Part shown: positions 32,932-40,857 of the stretch, in pieces
Numbering within the stretch: position 1 is the stretch's first letter
Layout of the letters: each line of letters begins with the position of its first letter
DNA from: a virus
DNA: 43,380 nucleotides
IMG/VR virus record: IMGVR_UViG_3300045988_083803
Span: 1 to 43,380 of that record
Reading direction: 5' to 3' (one strand)
Notes under the pieces: model-generated
Seen by the model: only the letters and a program-made list of their open reading frames with translations
Told to the model about the DNA's origin: nothing
The model's database searches: none
Translations under genes and position numbers: made by a program

Positions 32932-32977
32932 TTGACAAGTCTTAAAAATTAAGATATACTAGTCTTAGAAGTTAAGA
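32932..32977 (+). promoter_or_regulatory. Rightward early promoter with two operators
   Basis: TTGACA, a 17-nt spacer, then TATACT. The operator TCTTAAAAATTAAGA (32940-32954) fills the spacer. TCTTAGAAGTTAAGA (32963-32977) lies just downstream. A half-site-like copy is at 32898-32912. Confidence 0.75.
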
Positions 32978-33006
32978 TAAAGCTTCACAGAAAGGAAGGA
33001 AACAAA

Positions 33007-34776
33007 ATGAGAAAGGTTACAGAAAAGACATTCAAGGCATATGCAAAGGAAGCTGTAAAGCAGCTCAATACATTAGAGCTTTTCGCAGCATTACGTTTTA
33101 CAGCTGTAGGAGTCGAGATCAGTTTATACCGCAATGGAGTAGAAGTAGGTCGCATCTCAATTCAGGATAATGGTTGGGTACATGCAGAGGACTTGGCGAG
33201 AGATGATGAATTTGAAATCATCCCAGAGCATGACACTATGAAGGACTTATTCAAGGCAGTATATATAACAGTCAATGGTTTGCTTGATAACGGCTGGTTC
33301 ATACAGGAAGAGTCAGAGCAGGTTGAGGAAGTTACAGATGAGCCGAAGCAGTATTTCTCAGTTACTTTTGAAAAGAATGGGATCTACAGTGCCAACATCG
33401 CACATGCCTTAAAGAAGTCCGATGTAGAAGCACACTATAGCAAGTATAACAACTATGTAATTAACGAAGCAAAGGGCTATGAAGTAGAGGAAGCAAAACG
33501 TAAGCATATGCCAATTGTAGAGATTGAGTCAGTCAAGGAAGAAGCAGAGAAGCAGGAAGGAAGAACAATTACAGTTACACTCCATCCAGAGGATGAAGAG
33601 GAAGAAATAACCATCACATATGAAGATGCTAAAGGCTTCCACCATGTAGTAGGTCAGGAGGCACTTGAAATCGAAAAGAGCACAGACGGAATCAGTATTG
33701 ACAAAGATCATGTATATATAGTGATTGAGTTTCTTGACGGAAGTGAAGCTACATTCCGACGAAGCAGCGTTGTTAGGATAGCAGAAGAGGGACACGTATT
33801 ACTTGAGCGTGATCCTGAGCCAACTCCAGAGGAAGCCGACAGAGAAGTAACGTATACCGACTTTAAGCCAGAGCAGGACTACAGCGAAGAAGAGCCAAAG
33901 GTAGAGAATAGCAAGGTTAAAGCAGTTGCACAGTACCTTAGCAACAAGATCACAGGATGGTACGAGAACGCAAGAATCGATTACGGTGTGAGTGGTAAGT
34001 TCCTTAGCTGCAAGGCAGAGGGTGAAAACGGTATCCGCATCAACTGGGAAGAGAACGGCAAGGAGTACACAATGGTGATCAACTGGTTCACTGAGTACAC
34101 CACAGAACATCTTTACAATATTTGGATGGAGCAGGGTGTAGAGGTTGAGGAAGTGAAGCCAGAGCCAAACAAGATCACCGATGTAAAGGCTTTCTTTGAT
34201 AAACTTGTAAGAAGTTTTGATGATGCAGGTTTTGGAACCTCTTGCAAGCAGTTGAGCAAAAGCGAGTATAGCATTCATGCGATTTCAAGCCCAAATGGAG
34301 AAGTAACTATAACATTAAACCTTAATACTGGTTATCTTTGGCACTCCGCAGACGTTACCGTATATAGCGGTACAGATTGCATTATCATCGACTACGCAAA
34401 GTACAGCACCGAGGCAGATTTTATTAAAGCAATCACAGAAAAGGTTATTGCCAGTAAAAGGGAAAAGGAGCTTGAGAAAGCAACCAAGCTTTTTGAAAGT
34501 ACAGATAGTACAGATAATAAGGTGCGAAAGCTCCGCAAGGAGTTTAAACAGTGGGAACTCTTGCGGGAAAGAAAAAAGGAAGCAGATGAAGCTTACGAAG
34601 CAAACTACAAGAATAAGGAGCTTGAGAAAGCAGCAGATGAAGCTTTCAAAGCTGCGTATAAGCAATACAACAAGATAGCACGCATGATAGCAGAGCTTAT
34701 CAATGTAGATGTGCTTGACGCGAAATGGATGCTTACAAGTGGAAAAGAACGTGTTAAGAAAATCTTAGGACTGTAA
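33007..34776 (+). CDS. Large acidic early protein (589 aa), function unknown
   Basis: First gene after the early promoter (GAAAGGAAGGA RBS). Glu/Asp runs include HPEDEEEEITITYED, EESEQVEEVTDE and PEQDYSEEEPK. Confidence 0.7.
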   Translation: MRKVTEKTFKAYAKEAVKQLNTLELFAALRFTAVGVEISLYRNGVEVGRISIQDNGWVHAEDLARDDEFEIIPEHDTMKDLFKAVYITVNGLLDNGWFIQEESEQVEEVTDEPKQYFSVTFEKNGIYSANIAHALKKSDVEAHYSKYNNYVINEAKGYEVEEAKRKHMPIVEIESVKEEAEKQEGRTITVTLHPEDEEEEITITYEDAKGFHHVVGQEALEIEKSTDGISIDKDHVYIVIEFLDGSEATFRRSSVVRIAEEGHVLLERDPEPTPEEADREVTYTDFKPEQDYSEEEPKVENSKVKAVAQYLSNKITGWYENARIDYGVSGKFLSCKAEGENGIRINWEENGKEYTMVINWFTEYTTEHLYNIWMEQGVEVEEVKPEPNKITDVKAFFDKLVRSFDDAGFGTSCKQLSKSEYSIHAISSPNGEVTITLNLNTGYLWHSADVTVYSGTDCIIIDYAKYSTEADFIKAITEKVIASKREKELEKATKLFESTDSTDNKVRKLRKEFKQWELLRERKKEADEAYEANYKNKELEKAADEAFKAAYKQYNKIARMIAELINVDVLDAKWMLTSGKERVKKILGL

Positions 34777-34820
34777 AGCCTTTGCTGACCTAACGGCATG
34801 ACGGGGAGGAGGATATAAAA

Positions 34821-35090
34821 ATGAGTGAAAAGACAGAAAACAGACTGAGAACCGAGCTAACCAAGCTTGATGAGCTTGTAGCAAAGAGTATACACCTGCT
34901 TGGAGAATGCATGAACGACCCAGAAAGCTCGTTAAAGAAGAGTGCATATCATGAAATGTGTATGATGATTAACAATCAGTTTACAGACTGTGCAACTCTT
35001 CTTAGAGATTATGGATACGCCCCAGATTTTGAAAAAGCTGTCAAGCTGTTGAGAAGTGTGGGCGCATATAGACTTTCTAAGGCTGTTTGA
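34821..35090 (+). CDS. Hypothetical early protein
   Basis: GGGGAGGAGG RBS and ORF track entry. Confidence 0.55.
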   Translation: MSEKTENRLRTELTKLDELVAKSIHLLGECMNDPESSLKKSAYHEMCMMINNQFTDCATLLRDYGYAPDFEKAVKLLRSVGAYRLSKAV

Positions 35091-35116
35091 TAGTTCGATG
35101 CAGAGGAGGTGAGGTT

Positions 35117-35293
35117 ATGTTTTACATTAAGGGGCAGGAAGTCAACAGCTTGGGTGAGTTGCCAGAGGATAGCCGTAAAGAGGCAGCACATGACATCCTC
35201 ACCGAGCTGTGCAAGATATGGTGCAGAGAGCATGGGATGCGGCTTGAGAGCGTCGAGGTAAACAGAAAGAGAAAGGGGGATGTGGGTGCATAA
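35117..35293 (+). CDS. Hypothetical early protein (58 aa)
   Basis: GGAGGTGAGG precedes ATG 35117, within ORF 35087..35293. Confidence 0.45.
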   Translation: MFYIKGQEVNSLGELPEDSRKEAAHDILTELCKIWCREHGMRLESVEVNRKRKGDVGA

Positions 35294-35495
35294 ATACACG
35301 GTACATTTTTACGTAGATTGGCAATTGGTAGCAGGCTGCATCATTGAAACCTATGACAAGGATAGTGCAGAAAAACTAGCAACTGCCAAATTGCAAGACG
35401 AAATCAAAGAAATAGAAAATGCACTGAATGCAAAGGTTAACCGAACTTTTGTATCACAGTTACCAGATAATCAACACAGAAAGGAAAGACAATGA
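35280..35495 (+). CDS. Hypothetical early protein
   Basis: ORF track entry with AAAGGGGGA RBS. Confidence 0.45.
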   Translation: MWVHKYTVHFYVDWQLVAGCIIETYDKDSAEKLATAKLQDEIKEIENALNAKVNRTFVSQLPDNQHRKERQ

Positions 35496-35914
35496 CAGAC
35501 AAAGAGTTAAGATCAAAATTTGAGTGGATCATCAGAAACGAAGTATACCCAAACAGCGAGGATATGCAAGATTATGTTATTCGCCAAAATGAATGCCTTA
35601 TTGAGCTTTCAGGTGAGAGAATTACAAGTATCAAAAAGCCTGAGAGCCTTGGCGATATATATTGCTTCGAGGAACGCGTAGGAATGCTGAGAAAGTGTCT
35701 CAAGGGGACTCACAAGTGTAGAGCGATTAGTTTGTTGAACGGATGCAAACTTGTACATACAGTTTGCTACAAGGCAGAAGATGAGCCTGATTGGATATCT
35801 GAGAATCCACAAAAGGTATCTAAGCTCTGGAAGAGAGACATAAAACGTATCATCGCAGGATATCAGGCAATGATCAAGCAGTATAAGAGAGCTTTAGGAG
35901 GGGCAGAGGAATGA
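35492..35914 (+). CDS. Hypothetical protein, tandem paralog 1
   Basis: MTDKELRSKFEWIIRNEVYPNSEDMQDY... parallels the next gene. ATGA overlap. Confidence 0.55.
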   Translation: MTDKELRSKFEWIIRNEVYPNSEDMQDYVIRQNECLIELSGERITSIKKPESLGDIYCFEERVGMLRKCLKGTHKCRAISLLNGCKLVHTVCYKAEDEPDWISENPQKVSKLWKRDIKRIIAGYQAMIKQYKRALGGAEE

Positions 35915-36339
35915 CGCAGAAGGAGCTGAGAAAGAAGTACATGCAGATCATCAAGACCGAGGCATATCCTCACGATGCAAAAATGCAGAAGTATTGCAAA
36001 GAAAGATGTGGCTACATTGTAGAGCTTACAGACGGTAAGATCATCAGATTATACAAGCCAAGAAAGCATGTTCTGTATGATTTCACTGAGATTATGGACA
36101 AAATTACCAGATTAACGTTGTGCCTTGAAGGCTTCTGCGGGTGCAAGACATTTGTGCAGTATTTCGCATCATCAGACGATTGCGATCTGGTGCAAGAAGT
36201 TACATATTCTGGTGTAGAGCCAGAGTGGATGAAAGAAAAGGCGGCTAGAGGGCAGGACAGAAATAGCGAAGATATCCAAAGAATGATTGATGGCTATAAG
36301 TATCTGCTGATGAAATACAAGGTTGGAGGTAAGAAATGA
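35911..36339 (+). CDS. Hypothetical protein, tandem paralog 2
   Basis: MTQKELRKKYMQIIKTEAYPHDAKMQKY... It has the same length class and the same C-terminal motif (IIAGYQAMIKQYK versus MIDGYKYLLMKYK). Confidence 0.55.
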   Translation: MTQKELRKKYMQIIKTEAYPHDAKMQKYCKERCGYIVELTDGKIIRLYKPRKHVLYDFTEIMDKITRLTLCLEGFCGCKTFVQYFASSDDCDLVQEVTYSGVEPEWMKEKAARGQDRNSEDIQRMIDGYKYLLMKYKVGGKK

Positions 36340-36632
36340 AAGTAACAGATATTATCCATAAGATTTCCAATATAGTTTGTAGAATGCCTGACACTCTTTT
36401 CCCGACTAGTGTAGCTACAGCTTGGAATGTTGGCGAGATCAATGCATTATGTTCTTTGCTATCCGAATATGCAGGAGTTGGAACAGGAGCAAATTATACT
36501 ATTGATGAATCCCTTCATGTCTGCATAATTCGCGAGATCACAATAGGAAGCCACACAATCTATCATGATAAGGCACTTGATCAGGTGGAAATTGATGCAG
36601 CACTTGAAGAATATGAATACCTTGAAATCTAA
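36336..36632 (+). CDS. Hypothetical early protein
   Basis: ATGA overlap and ORF track entry. Confidence 0.5.
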   Translation: MKVTDIIHKISNIVCRMPDTLFPTSVATAWNVGEINALCSLLSEYAGVGTGANYTIDESLHVCIIREITIGSHTIYHDKALDQVEIDAALEEYEYLEI

Positions 36633-36642
36633 TTAAATTATA

Positions 36643-36694
36643 GCTCCGCACGGATTACCCGAAGGGTAATGCAGGTTCTACTCCTGCACGGAGT
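36643..36694 (+). ncRNA. tRNA-like three-helix element (closing stem, 7-bp hairpin, T-arm-like hairpin). Not a complete tRNA.
   Basis: GCTCCG/CGGAGT closing stem, ATTACCC-GAA-GGGTAAT hairpin, and GCAGG-TTCTACT-CCTGC, which resembles a T stem-loop. Confidence 0.3.
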
Positions 36695-36749
36695 GATCAG
36701 GTTTGCGCAGACCTTGTAACTATTGGAATAGCACAAGAAAGGAGTATAC

Positions 36750-38309
36750 ATGTTAGAGTACATAACCGAAGAGGTCGGAAGAATTAGAACTGAAAAAATC
36801 AATTTTATACCGTATTTTTACGCTGCTGACATTTGCAGAATCCTCGGAAAAGGCACATGGACAGGTACATATGCGCAGAGATATGCAGGAAAAGAGCATA
36901 TCAAGCAGATTAAGAATGGCTTGAAGAAAGCAAATCTAGTTGACCTTGACGGAGTAATGAATTTGTGCGAGAAAGCACAGGCAAAGTCTAGCAACTTACT
37001 TATGGGGATAGCAAATAGAATCCACTACGATGTCGCGTATTTAGAGGATTCGCCCAGTGGAACAATTTATCTTCCCCTTTTTAAGGGTGAACAGCAGGAC
37101 TATGAAAACGATGCAGGAGATTTTAAGGTTTTCCATCACGCGATTTTTGGAAAAATCAGAGCAACATTGATTAACGAGAATATGTATTTCTACTCAACAG
37201 ATATCTGCAGGGCTTTAGGCTTTAAACGATACGGAAGCGTATATACTAACCGCTATGCAGGCGAAGAAAACTTGAAGCAGATTGTCAGCGAGTCAATGAG
37301 AGGCACACGTTGCATCAATGTTATAAGCACTGCAGGAGTACGCAATCTGTGTCAGCGTAGCAAGCTATCTCCAGATACTATATCAGATTTTTTAAACTGG
37401 CTGCATAACGCTACAAAGCAGGAAAAAGAGCCTGAAAATCCACAGGCAGAAGAAAAGCCAGTAGAAGAGATTCCGCTTGCCAAAGCTAATAGATATATCG
37501 CCAAAGAACCTATTTTGATGGAAGAAGTAAAGCAGGAACTAGAAGAGCATGAAAAAATCAAGGAGGAAGAAACAATGGAATCAAACGCAATGAAGATTTT
37601 TAGCAATCCAGAATTTGGAGATATCAGAACAGAGGTTATCAACGGTGAGCCGTGGTTTTGCCTGAAAGACGTATGCAAGGCATTAGAGATTGCAAATGCT
37701 GTAAATGTAAAGAACAGACTGACGCCAAAGGGGGTACGCACTATGGATACCCTTACAGCAGGAGGCAAGCAGGGATTAACCTTCGTTGACGAAGCCAATC
37801 TCTACAAGACCATCTTCCAGAGCCGCAAGGAAAGTGCAGAACGCTTTACAGACTGGGTTGCAGGTGAGGTACTTCCTTCAATTCGTAAGACTGGCAGCTA
37901 TCAGCAGACTCCACCGCTTACAGCAGCAGAACAGATACAGCTAATTGCGAAGGGGTGTGTAGAGCTTACACAGCAGGTTGCCACCCTTGGGGCAGAGGTA
38001 ACAGAGCTGAAAACAGATATGCCGCTGTATGGATGCGAGATTGACGAGGTACAGCAGCACGTAAAGCGCAAGGGAGTGCAGTGTTTAGGCGGTAAGGACA
38101 GCGAAGCATACGCAGACGGCAGCATCAGAAGCCAAGTGTATAAGGACATTTACAGCCAGTTGAAAAGAGAGTATGGCTGTGTGAGTACCTATAAGAGTAT
38201 CAAGCGTAAGTATATTGCAGATGTACATGATTTCATTGACTGCTATCAGCTTCCGACAGTACTTGAGGAGCAGATCACGGCAGCCAACGCACAGCAGAGA
38301 CTTTTTTAA
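36750..38309 (+). CDS. Antirepressor: three Bro-N-like domains plus an ORF6C-like C-terminus
   Basis: Bro-N domains: IRTEKINFIPYFYAADICRILG, KIRATLINENMYFYSTDICRALG and DIRTEVINGEPWFCLKDVCKALE...ERFTDWVAGEVLPSIRKTGSY. The C-terminus reads DEVQQHVKRKG...YKDIYSQLKREYG. Confidence 0.8.
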   Translation: MLEYITEEVGRIRTEKINFIPYFYAADICRILGKGTWTGTYAQRYAGKEHIKQIKNGLKKANLVDLDGVMNLCEKAQAKSSNLLMGIANRIHYDVAYLEDSPSGTIYLPLFKGEQQDYENDAGDFKVFHHAIFGKIRATLINENMYFYSTDICRALGFKRYGSVYTNRYAGEENLKQIVSESMRGTRCINVISTAGVRNLCQRSKLSPDTISDFLNWLHNATKQEKEPENPQAEEKPVEEIPLAKANRYIAKEPILMEEVKQELEEHEKIKEEETMESNAMKIFSNPEFGDIRTEVINGEPWFCLKDVCKALEIANAVNVKNRLTPKGVRTMDTLTAGGKQGLTFVDEANLYKTIFQSRKESAERFTDWVAGEVLPSIRKTGSYQQTPPLTAAEQIQLIAKGCVELTQQVATLGAEVTELKTDMPLYGCEIDEVQQHVKRKGVQCLGGKDSEAYADGSIRSQVYKDIYSQLKREYGCVSTYKSIKRKYIADVHDFIDCYQLPTVLEEQITAANAQQRLF

Positions 38310-38319
38310 GGAGGAAAAA

Positions 38320-38502
38320 ATGATGTTAAACGAGATTAAAGAGTATTTCAGTGACAAGCAGCGCGAGGCATTGCCACTTATCATCACCGAGGCGGCAACC
38401 CTGCCTAGTAGCTATAGAACATTCTTGCTTGGCTATACCTCAGGTATGGCAGACGCAGCAAGACTTGAGGTAATGCGTCAGGCGAAGAGGGAAGCAAAAT
38501 GA
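38320..38502 (+). CDS. Hypothetical protein (60 aa)
   Basis: AAGGAGG RBS before ATG 38320, within ORF 38215..38502. Confidence 0.45.
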   Translation: MMLNEIKEYFSDKQREALPLIITEAATLPSSYRTFLLGYTSGMADAARLEVMRQAKREAK

Positions 38503-38720
38503 AGGTGATTTGGCAGCCCACACTAGAAGCAGAAAAGCTTGTAAGTAATGCAGAGAGAGCATTACAGTGCCAGATTTCAAGAGGATTCAAGGCGCGACTT
38601 GAGAAGGAAGCGAAGCGTGAAAAAATTCTTGATGCAATTGCTAAGGGTATCTCAGACCTGATTCTTGGATGTGTTATCTTTGGCGGCATGGCAGTAGCAT
38701 TATACTTTGGTTCAAAATAA
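38499..38720 (+). CDS. Small protein with a C-terminal TM segment
   Basis: ATGA overlap. TM segment ILGCVIFGGMAVALYFG. Confidence 0.5.
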   Translation: MKVIWQPTLEAEKLVSNAERALQCQISRGFKARLEKEAKREKILDAIAKGISDLILGCVIFGGMAVALYFGSK

Positions 38721-38733
38721 GGAGGACAGAAAG

Positions 38734-38973
38734 ATGGTAGAAACATATCTCTATACAACAGAACAGGGAAGCAAGGAAGTAACGATGCGAATTTCAGACT
38801 CAGGAGCGATTGCAGCGGTCTTGGCAGTGCTTAGAATCCGCATCAATGAAGCAATGGACGTAAGCGACTATGCTAAGGTTGCAAAGCTTGCAAGAGAAGC
38901 TGATGAGCTGTCGCAGGCAACTGTGATTGCATTCAAGTCAGAAACTATTTGCAAGGGGGAGGAAGGAGAGTAA
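38734..38973 (+). CDS. Hypothetical protein, dispersed paralog 1
   Basis: AAGGAGG RBS. ...DYAKVAKLAREADELSQATVIAFKSE...GEEGE parallels 39709..39942. Confidence 0.5.
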   Translation: MVETYLYTTEQGSKEVTMRISDSGAIAAVLAVLRIRINEAMDVSDYAKVAKLAREADELSQATVIAFKSETICKGEEGE

Positions 38974-39185
38974 TGGAAAAAATGATGGAATGCGGAATTG
39001 CAAAAGCTATGAAAAAAATGACGTATACCTTTAGCAATTTTTGCGAAATAACCATTTATCCACAGCAGAAGTGGAAATTTTGCACTGATGATATTTGGAC
39101 AATGGTAATTCTGAAAAATCACAATGTAAAAATAGTGCTTCGCAAGGAGGAATTTGACGAAGATTGGAAAAAAATTAAAGACTGA
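38973..39185 (+). CDS. Hypothetical protein (70 aa)
   Basis: TAATG overlap. Starts MEKMMECGIAKAMKKM... Confidence 0.4.
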   Translation: MEKMMECGIAKAMKKMTYTFSNFCEITIYPQQKWKFCTDDIWTMVILKNHNVKIVLRKEEFDEDWKKIKD

Positions 39186-39200
39186 GGAGAGTAAGCAATT

Positions 39201-39698
39201 ATGGCATTTTCACTGTACGAAATCAATTCACAGATTGAGCAGGCATGGGGCGCAGCAGTAGACCCAGACACAGGAGAGATCATCAACGAGGAAGCATTGC
39301 AGGAGCTTGAACAGCTTGGAATGCAGCGTGAGGAGAAGCTTGAGAACCTGGCATTGTTTTACAAGAATCTTTCGGCAGAAGCAGAAGCTTTGAAAGCCGA
39401 GAAGATGCGCCTTGCAGCACGTCAGGCGGCAGCAGAAAAAAAGGCAGAGGGTATTAAAAAGTATATTGCAGCGTCTATGGATTCCGCAGGGGGCGAGAAG
39501 ATCAAGACAAGCAAGGTTGCCATTGGCTGGAGAAAGTCTGAAAGCGTGCAGGTTGAAGAGAACGCATTTTTACCAGATGAGTACCTTACTTTTAAGGCTC
39601 CAGAACCGAACAAAACCGCCATCAAGAAAGCCTTGAAAGCAGGAGAAAAGATTGACGGAGCAAGTCTTGTGACCGCAAACAATATCCAGATTAAGTAG
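39201..39698 (+). CDS. Siphovirus Gp157-like protein
   Basis: Coiled-coil N-terminus (YEINSQIEQ...EEKLENLALFYKNLSAEAEALKAEKMRL). It sits upstream of the SSAP and SSB genes, as in Sfi21-type modules. Confidence 0.5.
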   Translation: MAFSLYEINSQIEQAWGAAVDPDTGEIINEEALQELEQLGMQREEKLENLALFYKNLSAEAEALKAEKMRLAARQAAAEKKAEGIKKYIAASMDSAGGEKIKTSKVAIGWRKSESVQVEENAFLPDEYLTFKAPEPNKTAIKKALKAGEKIDGASLVTANNIQIK

Positions 39699-39708
39699 GA
39701 GGTATTCA

Positions 39709-39942
39709 ATGATAGAGGCAATTCGTTTTGAGCAGGGGAGCCGTAAGGTGACGGTAACAATCATCAACACGGAAATAATCAAGGAAATCATCAGCTGCCT
39801 TGCAGCGCACACTACTTGGCAGCTCAGCTGCAAGCACTATGAACGTGCTGCGCAGTTGGCAAACGAAGCTTCGGAGCTTGAAAAAGCTATGAAGGCTGCA
39901 TTTTCAACTGAGGCTGCCAAGGCAGGTGAAGACGATGAATAA
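39709..39942 (+). CDS. Hypothetical protein, dispersed paralog 2
   Basis: ...HYERAAQLANEASELEKAMKAAFSTE...GEDDE has the same architecture as 38734..38973. Confidence 0.5.
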   Translation: MIEAIRFEQGSRKVTVTIINTEIIKEIISCLAAHTTWQLSCKHYERAAQLANEASELEKAMKAAFSTEAAKAGEDDE

Positions 39943-40104
39943 ACGTCAGAAGAAAAAGAAGTATGGGAAAGATTGGAAAGTGTGGATGGTTCTTTGGGGA
40001 GGGCATCCGAAGAGAATGTTCGTAGTCCCGAAGAAATCGCCATACGAAACATTAACCACCATTCTCACGATACAGAGAGTGATTGGCAGAAGAAAGAAAG
40101 GAAA

Positions 40105-40851
40105 ATGGACATGTTGAAATTTAGACCACTTACCGCAGATGATGTTGAGGTGAGAATCTCTACGGTAAAAAAGAATGGAGTGCAGTTGCTTTTGTACAAA
40201 GATGCACGAGTAGACCAGAACGTGCTTGACGAGAGCGTAGGAGTTGAAAACTGGCAAAAAAAGTATGAAATGATTGGTGGCAACCTCTTTTGCAGCGTAG
40301 GCATTCTTGTTGATCGCGGTGCAGGAATCAAGGAATGGATTTGGAAACAGGACGTTGGTGTAGAGAGCTACGCTGAGAAGGAAAAGGGGCAAGCTTCTGA
40401 CGCATTCAAACGTGCGTGTTTCTGTTTAGGCATTGGAAGAGAGCTTTACACAGCCCCGTTTATTTGGATATCAGCCGATAAGGTTGAAATCAAAGATGCA
40501 GGAAAAGACACCTATAAATGCTATGAAAGATTCGCAGTTCGAAGTATGACGGTTTCTGACGGCAGAATCACGGCTTTAAGCGTTATCAATAGCAAAGGCA
40601 TAGAAGTTTTCAGCTATGGCAAAAGAACCTCTCAGAGCGCAATACAAGAGCCTACGCAGGTATATGAGCAGAAACCAATGCTTGTAACTGAGGCGGAAAT
40701 TAAGATTTTGGAGGCTGAGTTGGCGAGAACCGGAGTTGCAAAGCAAGTTATCTGCAATGCATACCACGTAAACGATTTAAGCGAGTTTACGCTTGGACAG
40801 TATAACAGCTGCAAGAAGAGATTAGCAGCGACAAAGTCAAAGGAGGAGTAA
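40105..40851 (+). CDS. Rad52/Sak-like single-strand annealing protein
   Basis: ATG 40105 follows AAAGGAAA. LLLYKDARVDQNVLDESVGVENW...EKEKGQASDAFKRACFCLGIGRELY fits the Rad52/22 pattern. The upstream 44 codons of ORF 39973 are doubtful. Confidence 0.7.
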   Translation: MDMLKFRPLTADDVEVRISTVKKNGVQLLLYKDARVDQNVLDESVGVENWQKKYEMIGGNLFCSVGILVDRGAGIKEWIWKQDVGVESYAEKEKGQASDAFKRACFCLGIGRELYTAPFIWISADKVEIKDAGKDTYKCYERFAVRSMTVSDGRITALSVINSKGIEVFSYGKRTSQSAIQEPTQVYEQKPMLVTEAEIKILEAELARTGVAKQVICNAYHVNDLSEFTLGQYNSCKKRLAATKSKEE

Positions 40852-40857
40852 CGCAAA

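Noticed and set aside
36643-36694. A possible tRNA gene, or a tRNA 3' fragment marking attP.
   Set aside because: There is no D-arm, the middle hairpin has a 3-5 nt loop instead of a 7-nt anticodon loop, and the T-loop has a pyrimidine at position 57. It is also about 5 kb from the serine integrase. I kept it only as a tRNA-like regulatory RNA candidate.
39973-40104. ATG 39973 as the start of the Rad52-like gene.
   Set aside because: The extension has no family-like sequence and no RBS. ATG 40105 follows AAAGGAAA and begins the conserved domain. The ambiguity is recorded as a low-interest finding.
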